Positions 29,435-39,460 of a stretch of DNA of 64,000 nt are shown here, piece by piece. The notes beneath the pieces were generated by a model, which saw only the letters and a program-made list of their open reading frames with translations, searched no databases and was not told the origin of the DNA. How positions within the stretch are numbered: position 1 is the first letter of the stretch; each line of letters opens with the position of its first letter. This DNA comes from a bacterium. GTDB lineage: Bacteria > SM23-31. A program made the translations under genes and the position numbers. The stretch covers positions 2,720,001-2,784,000 of the forward strand of contig OZ252239.1 of NCBI GenBank assembly GCA_965249485.1. The letters run 5' to 3'.

Positions 29435-30416
29435 CTATACATATACTAAAGAACAAGTGCAAAGATAGTTAATAGAATGAAATGTAGAAGATTTGGAAAC
29501 AATATCGAATTGCATTTTGTCCTGGAGGTACAGATAACTATTTACTATTTTTTTTATTGCCCGAATATGGTCCGGAGTCGTACCACAGCACCCACCAATA
29601 ATTGAAACATCGCAATTAATAAATTCTTCTACTCTTTGTGAAAAATATTCAGGTGTTTCCGGGTACGTTACCATTCCATCACTGAGTTCAGGCTGTCCCG
29701 CATTAGGTTGGATAATGATGGGAAGAGATGAGTGCTTTTTAAATTCTCTTGCAATCTCAATCATGTTTTCAATTCCATTGGTACAGTTTGACCCAATAAT
29801 GTCAACTCCTGCTTCCCGAAGGCCTTCTGCAGCCTGGACTACATTTACACCCATCATGGTGAAATAGCCTTTAGGTGTTTTATTAAACGTCATGGTGGCG
29901 AGGACAGGAACCTCTTTCGAATTGGATTTAACTGCTTTTATTGCTAATTCGACCTCTTGAAGATCCGTCATAGTTTCAATACTAATTAAATCTACACCCG
30001 CCTTTATGAGTGCAATGACCTGGCGCTCAAAACTTCCATATACCTCATTGGGATCGACATCTCCGTATGGTTTCAATATCTTACCGCACGGTCCGCAGGA
30101 ACCCGAAACATATGCACGATTATCAACAGCTTTTTTTACAATTGCGACCGCTGCCGTATTAATTTCTTCGGTTTTGTTATCCTGTATTATAGTCTGAAAG
30201 TTTTAATTATGAGGCTCCAAAAGTATTAGTTTGAACAATTTCCGCACCTGCTTCACAATAAAGACCAGCAATTTCCTCAAGAATATTCGGCTGAGTAAGA
30301 TTAAGAACATCAGGACATTCACCCGGTTCAAGCCCTTTTTGGACCAGCATAGTGCCCAGTCCGCCATCTGCGACTAATATTTCTCCTCTATCAAGTCTAT
30401 CCATTAATGATTCCAC
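29435..30416 (-). pseudogene. Stand-alone homocysteine S-methyltransferase family (MetH N-terminal domain-like) gene, disrupted
   Basis: DGGLGT and QTNTFGAS in the 5' part; IETM, GSNC, QPNAG, GGCCGTTPDHI in the 3' part. TAA at 30207-30209, then a frameshift between 30206 and 30180 before KTEEINTAAV...GSCGP. Confidence 0.85.
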
Positions 30417-30439
30417 ACAACTCTCCTAATAAATATCAC

Positions 30440-31831
30440 TCACACATTTTCAGATATGACAAATGGTTCCCTATATGTTCGTTTTACGAACTTGTTTGCT
30501 TCGACATCACCTACAATTTTTTCCGTCCTTGCATCAAAAACCAGCTTGCGGGAATTCAAGCGTAAAGAAGTATTGCCCAGGTGTACAAGTACAGCACTGC
30601 GGTGTCCCTCTTCAATATCCCCATTGGGTAATGTGCGGCTGCGAATACAATCGATAAAATTCGTTTGATGCTCAACATCCGGAAGATATCCATATTCCTG
30701 AGCGACAACTTCACCGTCTTCCGTAAAAACCTGCCAACCTCCACCGTGACGTCCGGCAATCATCAATCCTTCTGTACCGTATATTTCGATACGGGTGGAA
30801 TTCATCGGCCAGTTTGGGAATTTTTCACTGCTGTAGCGTGTAGGCCAGGGGGTTTTCCTCATATACCGGTTCGGTGCTTGTTCATACGTCATAATGAGAT
30901 CATCAAAGTCATAATTGATGACCTGAGTATCCGGAACTTCGGTATCGTTTTTAGCACCCTTTGCGGCAAAAATACCGCCACTGCAGTAGACAACTTTAGG
31001 ATAATCCTTACCGACCAACCTGCGGGCAAGATCGAGCTGGTGGACGCCGTCATCAGCTAATAATCCGCCGGAATACGTCCAGAACGCATGCCAGTGACCT
31101 TGATAAATATCTTGATTATACGGACGTATTGGAGTGGGTCCAAGCCATGTGTTCCAATCAAAACCGGCAGGTGCAGTACTATCTGGCCCTAACGCAAAAG
31201 CTCTACTAAACAAATGGTTATAGACCTTGCATAAATGGATAGTACCCAATTTGCCGCTTCTAATGTACTCCTCAGCACGTAAATTATATGCACCACTTCG
31301 GTTTTGAGTGCCCGATTGAACAATTCTCTTATACTTCCGTGCTGCCTCGACCATCTTGCGCCCTTCCCAAATATTGTGAGAAGGCGGTTTTTCAACATAA
31401 ACATCCTTTCCAGCCTGGCAGGCATAGATCGTTAGCGGACCATGCCAGTGGTCGGGAGTCGCATTGATTACTGCATCGACATTCTTGTCATCCAGAACCC
31501 GTTGATATTCCTTAACTATTTTTATTGAGTTTATTGCTTTATAATCCGCCTTTTTTAACTCGTCCATCGCCCATGCACTTCTGTCTTCATTCAAATCGCA
31601 TAAATAGGCGATATTCACATCTGGCATTTCTGAAAATCTAATTATTAATTCTTCCGTGCCCCTGGACCCGCAGCCGATTAATGCTATGTTAACTTTATCA
31701 TTTGCTCCTACTGCTCGTTTTGGTTCCATAGTTGCTAATGTTGCCGCTCCAGCAGAAACCCCCACAGCACATTTGGTGGAATTGCTGAGAAAACGCCTTC
31801 TGCTTATTCTTTTCATGAAACGTTCCTCCAT
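30440..31831 (-). CDS. Tat-exported Gfo/Idh/MocA family oxidoreductase
   Basis: SRRRFL twin-arginine signal, IGCGSRG, ATPDHWH, DVYVEKP, DDGVHQLD. Confidence 0.92.
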   Translation of the reverse strand: MEERFMKRISRRRFLSNSTKCAVGVSAGAATLATMEPKRAVGANDKVNIALIGCGSRGTEELIIRFSEMPDVNIAYLCDLNEDRSAWAMDELKKADYKAINSIKIVKEYQRVLDDKNVDAVINATPDHWHGPLTIYACQAGKDVYVEKPPSHNIWEGRKMVEAARKYKRIVQSGTQNRSGAYNLRAEEYIRSGKLGTIHLCKVYNHLFSRAFALGPDSTAPAGFDWNTWLGPTPIRPYNQDIYQGHWHAFWTYSGGLLADDGVHQLDLARRLVGKDYPKVVYCSGGIFAAKGAKNDTEVPDTQVINYDFDDLIMTYEQAPNRYMRKTPWPTRYSSEKFPNWPMNSTRIEIYGTEGLMIAGRHGGGWQVFTEDGEVVAQEYGYLPDVEHQTNFIDCIRSRTLPNGDIEEGHRSAVLVHLGNTSLRLNSRKLVFDARTEKIVGDVEANKFVKRTYREPFVISENV

Positions 31832-32088
31832 GTAATTTAAAACTATACTGTGTTATGAAAAATTGCTATTTATTCCTCTCCTGTGTCTAAAACCAGCTTG
31901 TTTGAACACCAGAAAATAAAGTCATTTATTTCATACCGCGAAATCCCAATATACTTCTGTCGCAAATGGGCAGTGTTGTTGCACTGCTGACAGTGTAAAC
32001 ATTGAGAAATGACTTCATCCACTATCCCTCCGACCGAAAAATTTAAAAGGTGAATTCTCTTTAAATAGAAAGAAACCTTGTAGCATTT

Positions 32089-32877
32089 TTACTTTTTCTG
32101 CGATGCACGTACAGCTCCAGTGGTAACACCACCATCAACAAGTATTGTCTGTCCAGTAATATATTCACTTGCATCGGAAGCAAGAAAAACAACTGTACCA
32201 TCAAGGTCATTCGGCAGTCCCGTGCGTTTGAGAGGAATGCGATCACAAATATATGAAACCCATTCCTTATCTTCGTAAAGAGCAACATTCTGTGCAGTTT
32301 TAAACCATCCGGGAGCAATACAATTGACCGTTATACCATGAATGCCCAACTCATCGGCAAGACTCATGGTAAGCTGCTTCGTTCCGCCCCTACTAGCACA
32401 GTATGGTCCTATTCCTGCATAACCAAACACACTCGTCACCGAACCAATATTAATAATTTTTCCATATTTGCGTGGTATCATCTTCCGTGCAACAGACTGG
32501 GTTACGAAATACGTACCCCGCAGGTTCGTATCAAGTACAAGATTCCAGTCATCCCAGGTAATATCTAAAAGAGTTTTGCGAACATTACAGCCGGCATTAT
32601 TTACGAGAATATCTATCCTGCCATAAGCGTCCCATGCGGCATCCATCATCTTCTGGATACTATCATAATCGAGAACATCCAATTCTAACGGTACCGCCTT
32701 ACGACCGAGTGTTTCAATCTCGGTTTTAAATGATGTTAATGAATCGAGCTTCCTGCTTGTAATCACGAGATCGGCACCTGCTTTTGCCAGAGCCTTTCCA
32801 AAGCATTGCCCGAGTCCGCGGCTGGCACCTGTTATTACTGCTACTTTTCCCGATAAATCAAAAGTGTTATTACTCAT
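32089..32877 (-). CDS. SDR family oxidoreductase (KduD/gluconate 5-dehydrogenase-like)
   Basis: TGASRGLG, LVNNAG, YCASR (YxxxK variant), NCIAPGWF, YITGQTILVDGG. Confidence 0.9.
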   Translation of the reverse strand: MSNNTFDLSGKVAVITGASRGLGQCFGKALAKAGADLVITSRKLDSLTSFKTEIETLGRKAVPLELDVLDYDSIQKMMDAAWDAYGRIDILVNNAGCNVRKTLLDITWDDWNLVLDTNLRGTYFVTQSVARKMIPRKYGKIINIGSVTSVFGYAGIGPYCASRGGTKQLTMSLADELGIHGITVNCIAPGWFKTAQNVALYEDKEWVSYICDRIPLKRTGLPNDLDGTVVFLASDASEYITGQTILVDGGVTTGAVRASQKK

Positions 32878-32905
32878 ACGTTAGTAACTCCTTTATGTTT
32901 TTATC

Positions 32906-33937
32906 CTAAGGAACTAAAATTACCTTCAAGAGTCCGCCTTCCTTCTTTTTCAACCGCTCAAACCACAATGCTCCTTCAGAAAGCGGTGCCACCCTGCTTA
33001 TTAAGGCATCAACATTCACCTTGTTGCATGCTATCATATCCAGACACGCTGGATATTCTCCGGAAGATGCGCACGAACCATACGCCGAAATCTGCCGGGT
33101 CACTACTTTCTGTAAAGGAAAGTCAACTGTAGGTGACAGATTGCCGACAAGGCTGATCGAGCCGCCTTTTTTTACACTTTCAACCGCTATAGTAAACGTT
33201 GGTGCAATACCGACAGCTTCAAAAGCAATATCGGCACCAAGGTTTTCAGTTCTTTTGAATATTTCTGCCGGGACATCAAGAATATCCGACCTGAATCCTT
33301 CATCTGCACCAAGTTTACCGGCAATATCCAGCTTGTTCTGTATAATATCTACCGCAAAAATATTTCTGCAGTCGGTGTTTTTCAGTAATTGTATAACAAG
33401 CAAACCAATAATCCCTGTCCCGACTATTACGGCGGTATCGTGTACAGAAATCGGCATTCGATCGACAGCATGAAACGCAATCGACAATGGCTCTATCAGT
33501 GCAGCCTTCTCGAAGCTTACTTCTTCAGGTAAACGATACACAATACGCTCCGGAACAGATACATACTCGGCTAATGCACCATTCCGGTGGTATTCATCGC
33601 ACGACACCCCCATAACCTTCCGATTATCACAGAGATTTATTAGTCCCTGACTGCAATAGCGACAGGTACCGCAATAGATAGTTGAATCAAAAGTGACACG
33701 ATCACCTTGAGAAAAATCTTTCACATTTTTCCCAACTTCAACAATAATACCGGAAGCCTCGTGACCCATAATGATAGGCGGTATCCTTCTTCCAGAGCTT
33801 CCATCCATACCTTGTACATCACTTCCACATATCCCACATGCTTTTACCTCTACAAGAATGTCATCAGGGGATATCTTCGGCATCGGTACATTTTCATAAA
33901 CGAATTGATTGTATTCCTCCAGAATCAGAGCCTTCAT
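32906..33937 (-). CDS. Zinc-dependent polyol dehydrogenase (MDR; sorbitol/galactitol-1-P dehydrogenase-like)
   Basis: CGICGSD, GHEASG, structural Zn site CGTCRYC...C, GTGIIG. Confidence 0.9.
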   Translation of the reverse strand: MKALILEEYNQFVYENVPMPKISPDDILVEVKACGICGSDVQGMDGSSGRRIPPIIMGHEASGIIVEVGKNVKDFSQGDRVTFDSTIYCGTCRYCSQGLINLCDNRKVMGVSCDEYHRNGALAEYVSVPERIVYRLPEEVSFEKAALIEPLSIAFHAVDRMPISVHDTAVIVGTGIIGLLVIQLLKNTDCRNIFAVDIIQNKLDIAGKLGADEGFRSDILDVPAEIFKRTENLGADIAFEAVGIAPTFTIAVESVKKGGSISLVGNLSPTVDFPLQKVVTRQISAYGSCASSGEYPACLDMIACNKVNVDALISRVAPLSEGALWFERLKKKEGGLLKVILVP

Positions 33938-34064
33938 ATTGTTACTCTTCTGTAAATGGGTTCAGTATTGGGGATGAATGTGAAATGTTATACTGTTTTT
34001 TTTGTCGATACGGCAATGCCACTGTTCTATTTATAGAAAAATTTTTAAAGTGAAGCGTTCATTA

Positions 34065-35339
34065 TCATAATCCGAATAAATCTTTTATCGCCACAACAGC
34101 TGTATATGATATAATACATGAGAAAATAAGAGCTGAGAACAAACCCAGATTCAGAAGAATTCCCGATTTATATTCACCCATGTATTCTCTGCGATTTATA
34201 AGGTATGTAATGCCAAGGATAATGACAGGGAGAATGAAAACGGTTGCCACCTGGGTTGCAATTTGTGCAGCAATAGGATTGACCCGTAAAATCGGAACAA
34301 CTAAGCCAAACAGACATCCCACTCCTGCCAGAATACGAAAAAGTCGGGAATTTGTGTCCAGTTCCCCCGCTCTATAATCGGCAATGAGCAACGGCGAAAC
34401 CATGAGTATGGGAAATATGGAGGACAGACCGGCACTCAGAATTCCGACTAAAAAAATAGCAACAGCAAACTTGCCTGCCAATGGTTCGAGTATCTGAACC
34501 ATATCCAAGACTTTAATAATAACATCACCACGGTGAAATAATGCACCAGTGGCACAAACCATAATGGAGCCACTGATGATAAAGAGGAACAGAGCAGAAA
34601 CAAAAGAATCACGACTTTGCTCTCTGGTATGATTTGAGATCCATCCTTTTCCTTTCATTAAAAGCGGTCTGACAACAAATGTCGGCGCCGCCATAGTTGT
34701 TCCCACAAAAGCAGCAACCATCAAGGTCGCTCCTTCTACGTCAGGGATGGAAGGAATAAATCCTCGTGCAATTTCTCCCGGTGAAGGTAAAACAAAAAAC
34801 ATGGATACAATAAAAGAAACCCCCATAAGCGTAACAAAAAATACCAGAACCTTTTCAAAGAAAGAATACTTGCCAACATAAATGAGTGCATACATAACGA
34901 GAATGATTGCAATGGCAAGCCCAAGAACCGCCCAATAGCTACCCGGACTTATACTTGGATAAAATATTTGTAAACCTTCGTATATAGCATGAGCCGAAAG
35001 CCCGACTATTCCGGAAAGGGCAAACCACTGCCCCATAACGACCCCGATTATTGTCAAAATGGCGATAACCTTCCCGTATTTGAAGTGGGTTTTAAAGCTG
35101 TGTATCGTAGTATTTCCGCTCACCACCGCATAGCGTCCGTATGCTTCCATAAGCACCCAGGAAAACAGGCAGCTCAACGCGAGTACCCACAAGAGTTCCA
35201 CACCGTATTGCGAACCTGCTTTAGCCATGGATGTAACACTGCCGGTACCAATTGTATAACCGATACAAAATAATCCGGGACCAACAGCTAAAAGAAGTTT
35301 CCAAATTCGTTTTATTGTGACTCCCATCTTTTTAGGCAA
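34065..35339 (-). CDS. NRAMP-superfamily transporter lacking the DPGN motif
   Basis: VGPGLF...IGTGSVT...AGSQYGVELLW, AFVGTT; about 11 hydrophobic segments. Confidence 0.8.
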   Translation of the reverse strand: MPKKMGVTIKRIWKLLLAVGPGLFCIGYTIGTGSVTSMAKAGSQYGVELLWVLALSCLFSWVLMEAYGRYAVVSGNTTIHSFKTHFKYGKVIAILTIIGVVMGQWFALSGIVGLSAHAIYEGLQIFYPSISPGSYWAVLGLAIAIILVMYALIYVGKYSFFEKVLVFFVTLMGVSFIVSMFFVLPSPGEIARGFIPSIPDVEGATLMVAAFVGTTMAAPTFVVRPLLMKGKGWISNHTREQSRDSFVSALFLFIISGSIMVCATGALFHRGDVIIKVLDMVQILEPLAGKFAVAIFLVGILSAGLSSIFPILMVSPLLIADYRAGELDTNSRLFRILAGVGCLFGLVVPILRVNPIAAQIATQVATVFILPVIILGITYLINRREYMGEYKSGILLNLGLFSALIFSCIISYTAVVAIKDLFGL

Positions 35340-36090
35340 ATTAACTATAACTATCTCTTAATTTCACCGTAGAAAGTTCTGAAACCAAGTACTTGTAAAT
35401 GTTTGAAATCATTTAAATATATATGTTTTAAAAATGTCTGAACTACTACCATTTTGCCAGTTATTATTATTTCATTTTCCAGGGTGGTGTACCGGGAAGG
35501 AGTATCTCAAATACCCGGCGTTTTATCGTAGGTAGCATTGTAATACCACTCTATAACAGTTAAGCCAATATTTCTACATCAATTTTCTGAAAGAGATTAA
35601 TTGGGTTATATATGAAATATGACGCAATTTTAAGATGTGATGTACTTTGACAGAGCGTATAGGTTACTTAGATATATTTAATATAAATAATAAGATATAC
35701 ATGTGGCTTATACAAGTGTTTTCTGCTCTCCATTCTTGTTCATCAATTACACAAATCACATAAAATATATGAGTGGTCCGCAATCCTGTCGAACATACAC
35801 CAAACTTCGGCTCGCGCCGCTGTATTTTTCTCTCCTTTCACTGTTTCCGTTATATTGTGCTTGTTTTAACTCAAGTGTATGAATTTCCATGAATAGAAGT
35901 TAGCCGGCTATTAGTAATGAGTAAACGATGCATAGCTGCGGTGGAAGGTGAAATTAGAGGCATTCAATGTATAAAATCAAATAATATCATCAACAAAAAT
36001 CGAAAATATTTTGTTGATGAGAAATTTATGAACCTGTATTTTATTACTATAGCGACACTATAACAACAACGTACTCACAAATAAAAACTC

Positions 36091-36119
36091 TTGATTATTA
36101 AGCAAAATCTTAGTACTCT
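36091..36119 (+). promoter_or_regulatory. Putative sigma70 promoter upstream of the oxidoreductase operon
   Basis: TTGATT-17 nt-TACTCT. Confidence 0.35.
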
Positions 36120-36452
36120 CCTTCCAGTTTAAAATGTAGAATCTTAAATATTCAAGTGTCGGCCCACTAACTTTTTGCGTACCTGAGTCAGATGAAGCAA
36201 TCCGTTTATATGTATATCAGGGCGACGTTTAATAGAGCTGGCACTCTCTGATCTCGTTTAGAGGCAATGGTCCCGATTCGTAGCATTTTGTTTATGTATG
36301 ACTCTTACATTTTTTCACTTTCTACATTCATAGAATTTTCCGCAAGGATAACTGTTGTCATGAGAGCTCATCGTAAGCTTTTTCTCGTCCGGCATGTACA
36401 TCTTTGTTAAAACCATCATATTTACAGCTTATTATATTCAGGAGTAGTATCA

Positions 36453-38495
36453 ATGGCAAAAAATGATAAAAGCGATGTTGCGGGCAATCCCGGATTTGTT
36501 GGTAAGGAAGTAACTCTGTGCTTTGGTGGCAAGGCTGGAGACGGTCTTGACCGGGCCGGCAATCTGGTTGCAAGGAGTGTTAACCGACTCGGCTTGTATG
36601 CGCAATCGTATAACAGTTATCAGTCCCTTATCCGCGGCGGCCACACGTTTCTCAGAATCCGTATCGCTGAAAAAAAGACTCATTGTATCGGCGATCAACA
36701 AAACTTTCTCATCGCATTGAACCAGGACAGTGTAGAGCGGCATGCGAAACAAATCGGAGAAGGCGGCACTGTAATCTACAATTCCGATAAGGTGTCATGC
36801 GACAAATCTCTGATTGGCAACAATGTACATCTCGCTCCGATTCCCGTCAAGGAAATTACTAAGGACATGGGGAAACTTCTGCCAATAATGCAAAATACGG
36901 TAGCGGTCGGCGCATTTCTTTACCTGGCAAATTTCGAAATTCAAGCTCTTGAAGATGTTTTAAAAAACATATTTAAGCACAAAGGGAAAGAAATTGTTGA
37001 CCTGAATTTAAAGGTAGCACGGGGTGGTTATGAATATGCAAAAAATAATTTTGAATCTGCCCGGAACGCTGAAAAATGGAAATTGTCTCAACAGCCGAAA
37101 CCGTTCTTTACCGGAAACCATGCATTAGCACTTGGGGCTGCTGCAGGCGGATTGAAATTTTATGCAGCATATCCGATGAGTCCTGCGAGTAATATTCTGC
37201 ACTGGCTCGTCGCGCATAATGAGGAATGTGGAGTAGTAGTAAAACAGTGCGAAGATGAAATTGCGGTCATAAACATGGCTGTCGGCGCGGGACATGCAGG
37301 AGTACGGTCGATGTGCGCTACCTCCGGCGGCGGCTTTGCCTTGATGTCTGAAGCAATTGGCCAGGCTGCTATGCTAGAAACACCGATAGTCATCGTCAAT
37401 GTTATGAGGGGAGGACCATCGACGGGACTTCCGACAAAAACCGAACAGGGAGACTTAAATCAGGCTTTCGGGGCATCTCAAGGGGATTTTCCCCGGGTTA
37501 TTGTTGCTCCAAAGAGCTCGACAGATTGCTTCCACACTGCTGTCGAAGCGCTCAATCTTGCAGAAAAATATCAAATCCCGGTAATTGTCCTCTCCGATCT
37601 ATTGCTCGGCGAGAACTTTGAGACTGTTGAACAAGATGCATGGTCTCATAATGTACCTATTGACCGTGGAGAATTGATCAGGGAGGTCCCGGAGCATTTT
37701 GCTAAAAAAGACGGATTCAAGCGGTATGCTTTTACACCGTCCGGGGTATCTCCACGACCGGTTATCGGATCTCCGAACATGGTGCATGTTGCCGCAACAG
37801 ACGACCATGATGAAGACGGGATCCTGATAAGTGATGTATTCACCTGCCCGCCAATGCGTCGAAAAATCATGGAAAAGCGTATGCGAAAAATGGATACCCT
37901 TCTAAAAGAAATTCCTGTTCCAGAGATTGAAGGGCCTGATGATGCGGAGGTAACACTCATCGGATGGGGATCGACATGGGGGGTGATTCACGAGTCTGTA
38001 CAGCAACTCAACAAGATAGGGATAACAACAAATCATATTCACTTTCGATATATGTATCCGTTTCATGAAAAAGAAACTTTGAAGCTCTTGGAAAAATGTA
38101 ATAAAACAATTGTTGTCGAAGTTAATTATACAGGTCAGTTCGCGCGTCATCTTCGTGCCGAAACAGGCTTTACGGTCGACGAGAAAATGTTAGTTTACGA
38201 TGGAGAACCTATCGAACCGAAAGCGATTACAGACAGAGTTGCTGATATCTTAAAAGGGAAACCCAATGATATACGGGTTACTGAAGAAGAAGCTCGAGAG
38301 ATCGCCTACCATTATATTCGAGTCCATCTTAGTGACAAGGCTCGTCCGAAAAATATCGTTCAGGTCAATCAGAACGGTTATGGTGAACCCATCTGGGACC
38401 TCGAACTTGTCGACAGAAAAACGGGTGATATGTGTGGAAAATTGGCAATCGGTGTTGAGACAGGTTCTACACACAAATGGGAACCGGTATCATGA
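36453..38495 (+). CDS. korA: 2-oxoacid:ferredoxin oxidoreductase alpha subunit (gamma-alpha fusion) with C-terminal extension
   Basis: GGKAGDG, IRGGH, TGNHA, YPMSPA, EDEIA, TSGGGF, RGGPSTGLPTKTEQGD, GWGST; substrate cannot be determined from sequence. Confidence 0.9.
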   Translation: MAKNDKSDVAGNPGFVGKEVTLCFGGKAGDGLDRAGNLVARSVNRLGLYAQSYNSYQSLIRGGHTFLRIRIAEKKTHCIGDQQNFLIALNQDSVERHAKQIGEGGTVIYNSDKVSCDKSLIGNNVHLAPIPVKEITKDMGKLLPIMQNTVAVGAFLYLANFEIQALEDVLKNIFKHKGKEIVDLNLKVARGGYEYAKNNFESARNAEKWKLSQQPKPFFTGNHALALGAAAGGLKFYAAYPMSPASNILHWLVAHNEECGVVVKQCEDEIAVINMAVGAGHAGVRSMCATSGGGFALMSEAIGQAAMLETPIVIVNVMRGGPSTGLPTKTEQGDLNQAFGASQGDFPRVIVAPKSSTDCFHTAVEALNLAEKYQIPVIVLSDLLLGENFETVEQDAWSHNVPIDRGELIREVPEHFAKKDGFKRYAFTPSGVSPRPVIGSPNMVHVAATDDHDEDGILISDVFTCPPMRRKIMEKRMRKMDTLLKEIPVPEIEGPDDAEVTLIGWGSTWGVIHESVQQLNKIGITTNHIHFRYMYPFHEKETLKLLEKCNKTIVVEVNYTGQFARHLRAETGFTVDEKMLVYDGEPIEPKAITDRVADILKGKPNDIRVTEEEAREIAYHYIRVHLSDKARPKNIVQVNQNGYGEPIWDLELVDRKTGDMCGKLAIGVETGSTHKWEPVS

Positions 38496-38572
38496 CTATT
38501 GCATTACAAGACTAACATGATAATCAAAATTTTATTTGTCCTATCTATGATCACTACTGAAAGGTTTGCATT

Positions 38573-39460
38573 ATGGAAATAGTAGCGGAAAAAGAAGTCA
38601 AAACCAGAGATATTGTTGTTGATCCGGATTGGTGCGCCGGCTGTGGTGATTTTGGTGTTTTGAAGGGCTTGAAGAAAGGCTCTATAGATCACGATTTACA
38701 GGAAATTGAGCCGCATAATTTATTCGTTGCTTCCGGGATCGGGTGTTCTTCGAATCTGCCCGGATTCATTAATGCATATGGAGTACACGGATTGCACGGA
38801 AGATCCCTTCCGCTCGCAACGGGTGTAAAACTTGCTAATGAGAAAATGAATGTCGTGATAACCGGTGGAGACGGTGATGGATACGGTATCGGCGTAGGGC
38901 ATTATATCCATTCTATGCGGAGAAATCTCGATCTCACATATGTCGTTATGAACAATCAGATTTACGGACTGACAACGGGACAGGCTTCCGCGACAACACC
39001 GCAAGGCCTTAAAACAAAATCTACTCCTCAAGGAAATCAGGAAAAAGAACTCAATCCTTTAGCACTTGCGCTTGTATCGGGTGCCACGTTTGTCGCCCGT
39101 GCTTATTCCGGACAGGTGAAGCAATTATCTTCGATAATTAATCAGGCTATCAAGCACCGCGGTTTTTCAATCATCGACGTTTACAGTCCATGCATTACGT
39201 ACTACAACACCTTTGATGTACTTAAGAAAATTATCTACAAGATCGACGATGAGAAACCCGATCGAGACCTTACCGATATCAATGCTGCATTGGATATTGT
39301 GAGATCTTCCGAAGAGCGGATACCTATCGGGATATTCTATCAAGTAAATCAATCAATATATGAAGAATCCGACCCAGTTCTTTCACGAGGACCTCTCGTA
39401 GACCAATCAATCGGCCTGTCGAAAGATACATTTGAAAAACTTCTCGCGGAGACTATGTAG
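38573..39460 (+). CDS. korB: 2-oxoacid:ferredoxin oxidoreductase beta subunit
   Basis: WCAGCGD, SGIGCSS, HGLHGR, TPP motif GGDGDG...NNQIYGLTTGQ, SPC. Confidence 0.93.
   Translation: MEIVAEKEVKTRDIVVDPDWCAGCGDFGVLKGLKKGSIDHDLQEIEPHNLFVASGIGCSSNLPGFINAYGVHGLHGRSLPLATGVKLANEKMNVVITGGDGDGYGIGVGHYIHSMRRNLDLTYVVMNNQIYGLTTGQASATTPQGLKTKSTPQGNQEKELNPLALALVSGATFVARAYSGQVKQLSSIINQAIKHRGFSIIDVYSPCITYYNTFDVLKKIIYKIDDEKPDRDLTDINAALDIVRSSEERIPIGIFYQVNQSIYEESDPVLSRGPLVDQSIGLSKDTFEKLLAETM

Noticed and set aside
38579..38589. ATAGTAGCGGA matches the tRNA-Met 3' end region (48791-48801), suggesting an att repeat
   Set aside because: Only 11 nt, inside the first codons of intact korB, and it would separate korA from korB; most likely chance.
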